Part shown: positions 7,676 to 14,740 of the stretch, piece by piece
Numbering within the stretch: position 1 is the stretch's first letter
Layout: each line of letters starts with the position of its first letter
Assembly (NCBI GenBank): GCA_964458165.1
Contig: CAYWFI010000004.1
Span: forward strand, 1-24,000
Direction of reading: 5' to 3'
From: an uncultured Candidatus Saccharibacteria bacterium
GTDB taxonomy: Bacteria; Patescibacteriota; Saccharimonadia; Saccharimonadales; JACDBH01
Length of the DNA stretch: 24,000 bases
Notes under the pieces: model-generated
Database searches by the model: none
Told to the model about the DNA's origin: nothing
Seen by the model: only the letters and a program-made list of their open reading frames with translations
Translations under genes and position numbers: made by a program

Positions 7676-7763
7676 TTTCCGCTAGTTGCTGGGGTGGCTG
7701 AAACAATGTGCCGGGGTTCAACCGCCAGTATGCGAATGGTCGTCTTTTGGGTTATAACGGGAT
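7659..7763. repeat. Perfect 16-bp inverted repeat enclosing a 73-nt spacer
   Basis: atcccgttataaccca (7659-7674) is the exact reverse complement of tgggttataacgggat (7748-7763). One arm abuts the stop codon of ORF 7764..8057. The other arm covers the start region of ORF 7475..7675. Confidence 0.9.
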
Positions 7764-8057
7764 TCATGCTTCGCTCCTTCCGTAAGTAGGTGCCATTTCG
7801 TCAGCTGTCATATATTCCTCTAGCGTCCACTGGAGACTGTCGGTGTGTAGGGCTAACTTAAAATAAACTCGCTCCTGTTTGTCGGCGATAGAGAAATGAT
7901 GAACCTGATGCTTCCCGGCCCAAGTCTTGTGCCAGAAGTCTATTTTGCCAAGGTAATATTCTTGATTATTCCAGGTCAGCATGTAGGGTTGCATGTGTTT
8001 GGTTCGGGCATTGTAGTACCACACGACGCTAACAGGTTCGTCTAATGATTCACGCAT
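7764..8057 (-). CDS. Hypothetical protein, paralog A of a tandem pair (97 aa)
   Basis: GGGGGG Shine-Dalgarno 5 nt upstream of the ATG. It shares an ungapped motif block with ORF 8194..8517: LTWN..(E/D)Y.LG...FW........VHH...D......F.L.L.T..L.W.L. Confidence 0.7.
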   Translation of the reverse strand: MRESLDEPVSVVWYYNARTKHMQPYMLTWNNQEYYLGKIDFWHKTWAGKHQVHHFSIADKQERVYFKLALHTDSLQWTLEEYMTADEMAPTYGRSEA

Positions 8058-8077
8058 GGCAACCCCCCTTCAGGAGC

Positions 8078-8190
8078 AATTCTCAATTTACAATTTACAA
8101 TTTTCAATGAAGGCAGCGGCGAAGCCGCGCTAATTGATTCATTGAGGTAATTGAAATTGAATGAAAATTGAAAATTGGTACTTGAGAATT
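8078..8190. repeat. Heptamer-rich imperfect palindromic intergenic element, copy A
   Basis: Outer perfect 9-bp arms aattctcaa (8078-8086) and ttgagaatt (8182-8190). Inner arms are built from CAATTTA/CAATTTT units on the left and TGAAAAT/TTGAAAT units on the right. Inner stem tcaatga/tcattga. Central GC hairpin gcggc-gaa-gccgc. A related copy lies at 22551-22657. Confidence 0.8.
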
Positions 8191-8193
8191 TAT

Positions 8194-8517
8194 TCATACC
8201 GTTACCCCCGCGAAATTCCGGCCCGCAAATGAGCCTATCGAAGCCGCCTTAGTAGCCTTATCCAGACTCCAGGTCAGATTCTCGGTTTCTAGAGACAGCT
8301 CAAAAGTATACTCGCCGTATTCATCGCTAACACGGTAGTGATGCACCAGTACATTGGCACGATGTTCGGCGTACCAAAACTGTACCCCGCCAAGGAAATA
8401 ATCCTCGCCGTTCCAGGTCAGACGCACAGGCCGGGCGTACTGGTCGCGTCCATTAAAGCTAAACAACACATCCACCACGTTTTTATTTTTATTAGAAGAG
8501 AAGAGGCTGTTACGCAT
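8194..8517 (-). CDS. Hypothetical protein, paralog B of a tandem pair (107 aa)
   Basis: GGAG lies 9 nt upstream of the ATG. It is paralogous to ORF 7764..8057, with about 20 identical positions in an ungapped stretch of ~56 residues by hand count. Confidence 0.7.
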   Translation of the reverse strand: MRNSLFSSNKNKNVVDVLFSFNGRDQYARPVRLTWNGEDYFLGGVQFWYAEHRANVLVHHYRVSDEYGEYTFELSLETENLTWSLDKATKAASIGSFAGRNFAGVTV

Positions 8518-8744
8518 ATCAAATCACTCCGCTTTAGTTGATTAAAGGGGTGTGGCAGCTTAACGTACACGCTGCTACTAGACGAAATTGATATGATAGG
8601 CATCCGACCAAAGAGGTAAGACGGCTATAGTTTGCGTAAAGCCCGCGCGGAGGAATTTTGGGGTTAACCAACAAGCCCACACGTGACTAATAGTAGTATA
8701 GCATTAGCACTACGAAGCAGGTCAATACCTATTCGTAAGTTACA

Positions 8745-9413
8745 ATGGTTCCTATGAAGTTACGGTTCAGGGACAAAAAACGAGAGATCGGTGATATCTG
8801 GTCATTCTTTTTTGAACCCCTGGAACCAGTAGAATGGCAAGCCGGGCAATCTATCCGCCTGGAGCTGCCGCGGCCCACCTGGGGCACGGAAGAACGACGT
8901 TTTACTATCGCGTCCGCCCCTTGTGAAGGGCATGTACAAATTACTACAAGAGTAAGTAGTAGTGAGTTCAAACAAAACCTAGCCAGGTTAAAAAAAGGCT
9001 ATGAGCTCGATGGTCACAACATCGATGGCGATTTTGTTTGGAACGACACTGGCCGCCCCAAGCTTTTTCTGGCTGCCGGCGTCGGCATCACGCCGTTCCG
9101 GGCAATGCTGGCGCAAAGTATTCACGAGCAAAAACCACTTGAAGCCACACTGCTATATAGCAGCAAAGACAATCCAGCAGTATTCCAAACCGAGCTGGAG
9201 CGCTGGCAGCAACATCATAGAGATTTCAGCCTTGTAATCACCGATAAACGCTTTATTATTGAACCCGAGTCAACACTGCTGCCGCGGTGGCTGGAAAGCT
9301 TGATATACATATCTGGTCCCGAGCAAATGGTGCATCAGCTAGGACAGTTGCTAGTGGCAGCCGGGCTGCCAAAAAACCAGCTCAAACAAGATTTATTTAC
9401 TGGAAATTTGTAA
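8745..9413 (+). CDS. FNR-family FAD/NAD(P)-binding oxidoreductase; the start is probably ATG 8754
   Basis: RRFTIAS (the RxY(T/S)-type FAD-binding motif), GVGITPFRAML (NAD(P)-binding glycine motif) and a length near 220 aa. TACAAT (8741-8746) lies 7 nt before ATG 8754. Confidence 0.8.
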   Translation: MVPMKLRFRDKKREIGDIWSFFFEPLEPVEWQAGQSIRLELPRPTWGTEERRFTIASAPCEGHVQITTRVSSSEFKQNLARLKKGYELDGHNIDGDFVWNDTGRPKLFLAAGVGITPFRAMLAQSIHEQKPLEATLLYSSKDNPAVFQTELERWQQHHRDFSLVITDKRFIIEPESTLLPRWLESLIYISGPEQMVHQLGQLLVAAGLPKNQLKQDLFTGNL

Positions 9414-9492
9414 ATTTTACAGCACGCAGTATATTGCACGTAATAACAGATTGTTTCGCGGCAGTATTGCTACAAAATGCTTTTGGTAATCA

Positions 9493-9520
9493 TTGACATA
9501 TATTTTCATGTTGCTATGCT
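9493..9520 (+). promoter_or_regulatory. Candidate promoter in the FNR/Rpf intergenic region
   Basis: TTGACA (9493-9498), 16-nt spacer, extended -10 TGcTATGCT (9512-9520). Confidence 0.4.
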
Positions 9521-9602
9521 GGCCTTTGTGTCTTTTTTACGTGTGAGGTAGAAGAGCCATAAAATTTTCTATGCAAATCTCGAAAATATAACAGTAATTA
9601 AT

Positions 9603-9635
9603 CTGCCTGTCCTAAGAGAGCAGGCAGCCGTTTTT
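9603..9635 (+). terminator. Rho-independent terminator-like hairpin upstream of the Rpf gene
   Basis: Stem ctgcctg (9603-9609) / caggcag (9621-9627) with an 11-nt loop, then ccg and TTTTT (9631-9635). Confidence 0.55.
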
Positions 9636-9691
9636 GCCGCATTTCCGGTATTGACGTTATTCGCATAGGGTTATAAGGGAGTAATAAATTT

Positions 9692-10429
9692 ATGAAAAAA
9701 CCAGCTATTAAGGCGGCATTTTTATTGTCGGTTTTTCTGTCGTCAGTTTTTGGGCCGCAGCTTGCGTCCGCCCAAGACAATACTTCGGGTTTTGCCCTCG
9801 GTGACATAACTATTTCGTCAATATTTGATCAAGCCGCGGACGAGTCAGACGGCGAAGTCCTGGCCGCCAGCACGGAACAACAGCCAGAGGAAGCCGCGGA
9901 GCCAGCCCCAGCAGAACCACAGCCAGTTACTGCAGAGGTGGCGAAAGGCGACACTTTAAGCAAAATCGCAGCGGCACACGGCACCACTTGGCGGCGGCTG
10001 TTCGATGCCAATGAGTCAATTGCCGACCCTAATGTAATCAATCCGGGCGAGAAGATCCGCGTTCCTTTGCCGGACGAACAGCTGGCCAGCCGCCCGCTGC
10101 CCGCGCCTTTACCCGCAAAAACTGCCCGCAGGGAAGTTTCGGCGGGCAAACCCACTCCTGTTCAACAGACTAGCGCCCCGGCTGTCGCCGACGACAGCGT
10201 CTGGGATGCTCTGGCCCGATGTGAATCCGGCGGTAACTGGGCTATTAACACCGGCAATGGTTACTACGGTGGTTTACAGTTCCTCCCCAGCACTTGGCGG
10301 GCAGTCGGTGGCACCGGCTTGCCGCACCAGCACAGCCGCGAAGAGCAAATTTTGCGCGGCCAAATTCTGCAAGCCCGCAGCGGCTGGGGCCAGTGGCCAG
10401 CATGTACTAAGAAGCTCGGCCTGCGTTAA
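9692..10429 (+). CDS. Secreted LysM-domain protein with a C-terminal Rpf-type (resuscitation-promoting-factor-like) transglycosylase domain
   Basis: Signal peptide MKKPAIKAAFLLSVFLSSVFGPQLASA. LysM segment VAKGDTLSKIAAAHGTTWRRLFDANESIADPNVINPGEKIRVP. Rpf core VWDALARCESGGNWAINTGNGYYGGLQFLPSTWRAVGG. AAGGGAG Shine-Dalgarno. Confidence 0.9.
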   Translation: MKKPAIKAAFLLSVFLSSVFGPQLASAQDNTSGFALGDITISSIFDQAADESDGEVLAASTEQQPEEAAEPAPAEPQPVTAEVAKGDTLSKIAAAHGTTWRRLFDANESIADPNVINPGEKIRVPLPDEQLASRPLPAPLPAKTARREVSAGKPTPVQQTSAPAVADDSVWDALARCESGGNWAINTGNGYYGGLQFLPSTWRAVGGTGLPHQHSREEQILRGQILQARSGWGQWPACTKKLGLR

Positions 10430-10445
10430 CTTGACCGTAGTCGCG

Positions 10446-11270
10446 CTAGTCTAACATGCGGCTAGCACCGTGTTTTACGGCCAGCCTAATCAGCGCCTTA
10501 TAGGCATCAGGTCTGCGCCTCTTGCCTCTGACATCTATGTTCTTGTGCCTCATCACTATGGATGGATCAAAAAAACCATCGAGTCCTTGCTTTTCTGCCC
10601 GCCATGCGAAATCTTGAATTTCGTGGTGGCGGAGCCGACTGTCAAAACCACCCAGTTTTCTAAATACTTTTGAGTCGATAATCAAATTACCCTCTGTTGC
10701 CCAATCTACTTTTCTTGGTTTTTGATCTTGATCAAGAGTATCCGGCCAATTCCGCAGAGATTTCGTATACCTGGCGCGAAGCTCGGCAGCAGCCGGCGGA
10801 TCTGTTTTTGCCAGCTGCGCTATATGGACATGACGCCGAGCAATAAATTTTTGCTTGAGGTTCATAGAGGGCCCAAAGTTAAACGGAAACTGCAGACCCG
10901 TTTCTTCAAGGATCATACCGCCAACAAAAGCACAGCGCTCCCTTGATGCTAATAGCCGGGCAGATTCCGGATTATTTTCGGTAATAAGATCCATATCCGC
11001 GTCTATAAAGTGAATGACGCCGTCTTCTTCTAGGGCATCTATTATTCTATTGCGGTTCGGGCCGGCCCCGACATTTTTGTCTCCCGGCACGAAAGTTACT
11101 TGAGGGGCAAAACCCTCCACAACCTCTCTGCTGGAGTCAGTTGACGCGTCATCCAAAACATACACCTGGTCATAGCCCTGGCTTATGAGCTGCGGGAGCA
11201 GGCAAGAAAGGCTGTCGGCCATATTAAAGTTAGGAACGGCCGCGAAGACCGGCGTTTCTGGACTCGACAT
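10446..11270 (-). CDS. GT2-family glycosyltransferase
   Basis: 274 aa. N-terminal GT-A signature VPNFNMADSLSCLLPQLISQGYDQVYVLDDASTDSS, then a DxD-like IDADMD. Confidence 0.8.
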   Translation of the reverse strand: MSSPETPVFAAVPNFNMADSLSCLLPQLISQGYDQVYVLDDASTDSSREVVEGFAPQVTFVPGDKNVGAGPNRNRIIDALEEDGVIHFIDADMDLITENNPESARLLASRERCAFVGGMILEETGLQFPFNFGPSMNLKQKFIARRHVHIAQLAKTDPPAAAELRARYTKSLRNWPDTLDQDQKPRKVDWATEGNLIIDSKVFRKLGGFDSRLRHHEIQDFAWRAEKQGLDGFFDPSIVMRHKNIDVRGKRRRPDAYKALIRLAVKHGASRMLD

Positions 11271-11280
11271 AATGACATAT

Positions 11281-11309
11281 ATTATAACTTATAGTAGTAG
11301 ATATTGCAA
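11281..11309 (-). promoter_or_regulatory. Promoter of the GT2 gene (near-leaderless)
   Basis: On the minus strand: TTGCAA (11304-11309), 17-nt spacer, TATAAT (11281-11286), only 10 nt upstream of the ATG. Confidence 0.5.
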
Positions 11310-11348
11310 TGATACACCGCCTTACCGCCTCCTGCTATCATAAGTAGT

Positions 11349-11855
11349 ATGGCAGGGTACAAAGGACATACGCTCGGGGCGACGATATTTGTAATCATCT
11401 ACATATTGGCGATTGCCTGGATTCCGCTGGCATTGCTGGATGGTACCGATACTTTCCTCAGTAACACGCAGATTTTGTTCGGGCTAATGGTTGTCGGCAT
11501 ATTGTTCGGGCTGTTTCCAGATGTCGATACTAACTCGCGCGGGCAGGATATCTTTTTCCTGACCGCCTTCGGTCTGGATATCTGGCTAATTTGGGCGGGC
11601 CGATTAGAGGCGGCTGCTTATTTGGGCCTACTGGCCATGCTGCCTATCATCGGCAAGCACCGCGGCTGGACGCATAAAAAATGGGCGGTTGCAGTCGTGC
11701 CGCTGCCAATTGTGCTGGTGCCGTATGTTTATAATCAAGATAACCTGGCGCTGGGATTACTGTTTTACGGCGCGGCCGCGACTGGCTATTTTAGCCATCT
11801 GTTCTTAGACGGCTTAATCTGGAAGAAATTTCGGATAAAATCAAAAAAATGGTAA
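11349..11855 (+). CDS. YdjM/DUF457-like membrane-bound metal-dependent hydrolase
   Basis: 168 aa, polytopic membrane protein with an N-terminal GYKGHT, GWTHKKW and a C-terminal SHLFLDG His/Asp motif, as in the family. TGcTATCAT (11333-11341) lies 7 nt before the ATG (leaderless-type). Confidence 0.65.
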   Translation: MAGYKGHTLGATIFVIIYILAIAWIPLALLDGTDTFLSNTQILFGLMVVGILFGLFPDVDTNSRGQDIFFLTAFGLDIWLIWAGRLEAAAYLGLLAMLPIIGKHRGWTHKKWAVAVVPLPIVLVPYVYNQDNLALGLLFYGAAATGYFSHLFLDGLIWKKFRIKSKKW

Positions 11856-11873
11856 CTACGTTATATGGCGTAT

Positions 11874-12263
11874 TTATTCTGTAACGGTTTTTAGTTCTAT
11901 CGTGCCATTTTGCAGATAATAATCGTTGGCAGAGGGACGGTACACACCCTCTATTTGTACCACTACGCCCATCGGCACACCCGCCAGCAGGGAATAGTCC
12001 GATGTAGTGTCTTGTACGGCGTAGTACGTACCAGACTCGTCCAGAAAACCGTAAGCACATTCCAGAGTAACTTGCGGGTTGCTTTGATCGGCAGGGGGCA
12101 GGCAAACCAGTTCGCCGCGTAGCGACACTGTCTGGCCGTCCTGGAAACTACCGGTTGTCAGCTCCGCTTCCGGCGCGCTTAAAGATCCGGATACAAAAAA
12201 GATAATAATAACCGCCAGCAAAGTGCTAATAATAACGGCCAAGCTGCGCCTACGCTGCATCAT
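11874..12263 (-). CDS. Hypothetical secreted or membrane-anchored protein
   Basis: 129 aa. N-terminal MMQRRRSLAVIISTLLAVIIIFFVSGSLSA signal/anchor. Own promoter directly upstream. Confidence 0.6.
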   Translation of the reverse strand: MMQRRRSLAVIISTLLAVIIIFFVSGSLSAPEAELTTGSFQDGQTVSLRGELVCLPPADQSNPQVTLECAYGFLDESGTYYAVQDTTSDYSLLAGVPMGVVVQIEGVYRPSANDYYLQNGTIELKTVTE

Positions 12264-12269
12264 AAGCGT

Positions 12270-12298
12270 ATTGTGTACTTATGGATAATGATTGTCAA
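12270..12298 (-). promoter_or_regulatory. Leaderless-type promoter of ORF 11874..12263
   Basis: On the minus strand: TTGACA (12293-12298), 17-nt spacer, CACAAT (12270-12275), 6 nt before the ATG. Confidence 0.5.
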
Positions 12299-12327
12299 TG
12301 GCTGACGTTTATAGATTAGGGGGTCGT

Positions 12328-14541
12328 TTAGTTCTCGTTGTCCTCTGTTTCATTACCGCCATAAATTTTAAGCTCAACCTTTATGCTGTCATGGGACAAA
12401 TTGAGCGCGTTAGCCAGGTTAAGAACAAGCTGTCGCTTGGCGTTTGTATTCGTACCTGTGTTTACAAAATAGCCGGTGGTGTTTATCTCTCTGCTGGAAC
12501 TGAAGGCCGTTGCGTCTGTCTGTATATACTTAGACAACCACTCATCGGCATTCACAGTTTTTAGGAAATGGTCGGGGTTATTGTCATATATAGCTTCAAT
12601 TATGGCGTCTACGGCGTCCGCCCAGGTAGAGATAGAATCCTTTTTACCGAATACCTCAACAGACTTAATGCCTTTACCCTTTAGATCAATATCGTCTAGT
12701 AAGAATACGGACGTATCTTCTTCGACAGGATGGAATGATGTAACAGGCAGAGGCCATACGCTATTAAGCTTCTCAAGCCACCAGTCCTGACGTTCCTTAA
12801 GAGTATCTTCGTTCCAAGTATCGTGAGATGCTATCCATTTATTGATTTGCAGGGGACTATACTGAAGACCGACTTTCTTAACTTCGCCTGTCTTCTTGTC
12901 CTTAGTTTCCAGCGTCATCTTATCGCGGTACGGCCTGTTGGAGTAATCCGAGTTGTAGCCAGTGAGCGTAAGGTTGGCGAGAGTATGCAGATATTCACCG
13001 TGAATACGCTCGTAGTCTTCGCCTAGCATTTCTTTCCACTCCGGGCTTGTGAGAGTCTGCGGCATTACATGCTCTATTGTAAGCTGAAGACCGTCTTCAA
13101 CGATAGAGTGCAAGGTCTGCTTAGATTCTTTTGTGCCGTTATCGGTTGCCGACAATACGTAGCACAGAACGGAATTGCCGTGCTGTTCGTAGAATGGATA
13201 GGTTCGTACGGCATTTTCAAAGTCATCGCTGTTCGGCATTTGCGTCTGACCTGTCTGGCTCAGAATGACGTACTTAAGAACGTCTACATAGCTTGCCTCT
13301 CTGTCGCGCCGTAGATAGTCAAGAACTTGTTTGTGTAGAGAGGCCATGAACCTGTCCACACTGGTTACATAGAAATTGACTACGACACGGCGAGAAAAGT
13401 ACGACTCTATGAGATTAAATACTTCTAAAAGTTCTTCGTCTGTTATTTGCTCGTCAGCATGATATCCAAGTACCGACATAGCGTATGGGATATACAGATC
13501 GACCCGAAGATAGCGCATGCGAAAAACGGTTTCTGCGATACTGTCGTATTTTAAGAACTCTGGGTTATCTTTAATAGCGCTAGTATCGGTTAGTTTCAGA
13601 AGCTCATAAAACTTGAGTGATCTTTTAATATTGCCGTAAAACCTGTCAATTAGCTCAAGTTCTTGGTCTTCTCCTACATGTCGTTCAAATTGTTTCTTAA
13701 ACTCCGAATAGACTTCCGGTAGCTTAATATTGGATTGTTTTTTAGAAATCAGATAATACCTAAAAAAGTCGGTGATATAATCCTGGTTTACATCAGTTAA
13801 GGTGCGTTCTATCACACGCCAGTATTCGTCATAGACATGGTTTCTTAGGTTCTTGTTGTTCAGCATGAGTGCAAAGTTGCGGATCTTGTCACCGTCAGAC
13901 AAAGGTTTACCGGTGGAGTTGATACTCTCAAATACTCGCTGCGGGTTGTCGTCACCAGCAACCAGCGTCAGAACTGCTATCTCAAAGTGCGAAAGGCCCT
14001 CTATGTATTTATCCAGACCGCCCTGTTTCCTGCTGAAGTAATCCCGGAACTTAGAGTAGACTTTATAAACATTACTCTGGCGGTCTTTTAAATCCAGTTC
14101 TGATTCTTCGCCGCGAGCATTAAAAATTCGCTGAAGAATCTCGTTGTCTGTGGTTACGGTGCGGAGTTTTACGCGGTTGTTGTCCAGGTCTTTGTTTATA
14201 AGGAATTGATACTCAAGTTTATCGGCTGTTGTTTCTGGGTTTTCCAGTAATGCCGGGTTCTTTTTCGCCATGTGATAAATAGCGGCAATCATGAGAAGTG
14301 AAGTAGTGACGCGCTGTTGTCCGTCAATGATAGCTTTAGAATAAACACTCTGCGTGTCTTCAACTTCAACTACCGTACCGAAGTAGTGATTCTTACCCTT
14401 AGCGATACATTCTTCCAAATCGTTCAGGAACTCATCAACGTTAGTAGTCTGCCAAGAATACGGCCGCTGGAACTCGGGTATCTCAAAGAAAGTGCCGGGC
14501 GTGTACAGAAACTTCTTCATATTACTCTGGGCAAAAATCAT
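12328..14541 (-). CDS. GmrSD-family protein (N-terminal DUF262, DUF1524 His-Me/HNH-type nuclease, extra ~150-aa C-terminal region); putative type IV restriction/defence enzyme
   Basis: DUF262 motifs FEIPEFQRPYSW and IIDGQQRVTT. DUF1524 motifs TIEHVMPQT and LHTLANLTLTGYNSDYSN. AGGAG Shine-Dalgarno. The gene is visibly more AT-rich than its flanks. Confidence 0.85.
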   Translation of the reverse strand: MIFAQSNMKKFLYTPGTFFEIPEFQRPYSWQTTNVDEFLNDLEECIAKGKNHYFGTVVEVEDTQSVYSKAIIDGQQRVTTSLLMIAAIYHMAKKNPALLENPETTADKLEYQFLINKDLDNNRVKLRTVTTDNEILQRIFNARGEESELDLKDRQSNVYKVYSKFRDYFSRKQGGLDKYIEGLSHFEIAVLTLVAGDDNPQRVFESINSTGKPLSDGDKIRNFALMLNNKNLRNHVYDEYWRVIERTLTDVNQDYITDFFRYYLISKKQSNIKLPEVYSEFKKQFERHVGEDQELELIDRFYGNIKRSLKFYELLKLTDTSAIKDNPEFLKYDSIAETVFRMRYLRVDLYIPYAMSVLGYHADEQITDEELLEVFNLIESYFSRRVVVNFYVTSVDRFMASLHKQVLDYLRRDREASYVDVLKYVILSQTGQTQMPNSDDFENAVRTYPFYEQHGNSVLCYVLSATDNGTKESKQTLHSIVEDGLQLTIEHVMPQTLTSPEWKEMLGEDYERIHGEYLHTLANLTLTGYNSDYSNRPYRDKMTLETKDKKTGEVKKVGLQYSPLQINKWIASHDTWNEDTLKERQDWWLEKLNSVWPLPVTSFHPVEEDTSVFLLDDIDLKGKGIKSVEVFGKKDSISTWADAVDAIIEAIYDNNPDHFLKTVNADEWLSKYIQTDATAFSSSREINTTGYFVNTGTNTNAKRQLVLNLANALNLSHDSIKVELKIYGGNETEDNEN

Positions 14542-14740
14542 ATCTACTCCTCGTTCTTAACTTAAATTGTACTCTTTTTGCCAGAGTGCTGACAGTACTT
14601 CGCCCTCTTAGGCAAAATATAACGGCTCACGAATTAGTTTAATCCGTAGCTATGATGGTCGCCGTTTGGCCGCTGTCCTACGCCTAAGATCATACCGCAA
14701 GATGGTATTTACCGAAGCTAGAAACTATAATGCCTTTTAG

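Noticed and set aside
7659-7763. A MITE interpretation of the 105-bp unit bounded by 16-bp perfect terminal inverted repeats.
   Set aside because: There is no convincing target-site duplication; only the dinucleotide tc occurs on both sides. I found no second copy in the window. The arms line up exactly with a stop codon and a start region, which favours an RNA-structure role. A genome-wide copy count could revive the idea.
8078-8190. A CRISPR array or iteron-type origin, suggested by the tandem CAATTTA/TGAAAAT heptamers.
   Set aside because: The units are 7 nt with no spacers. The whole segment is one imperfect palindrome of about 110 bp. There are no cas genes, no dnaA or rep gene, and no DnaA-box-like 9-mers nearby.
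9480-9691. A ydaO-type c-di-AMP riboswitch upstream of the Rpf-like gene, as found upstream of rpfA in Actinobacteria.
   Set aside because: I could not find the GC-rich conserved cores (GGGGA/ACCC-type pseudo-symmetric elements) expected for that class. The segment is AT-rich and too short. An Infernal scan is still needed to settle it.
9598-9807. A 69-aa minus-strand ORF overlaps the terminator hairpin and the 5' end of the LysM-Rpf gene.
   Set aside because: It overlaps a well-supported gene start (signal peptide plus Shine-Dalgarno) on the other strand and has no start signals of its own.
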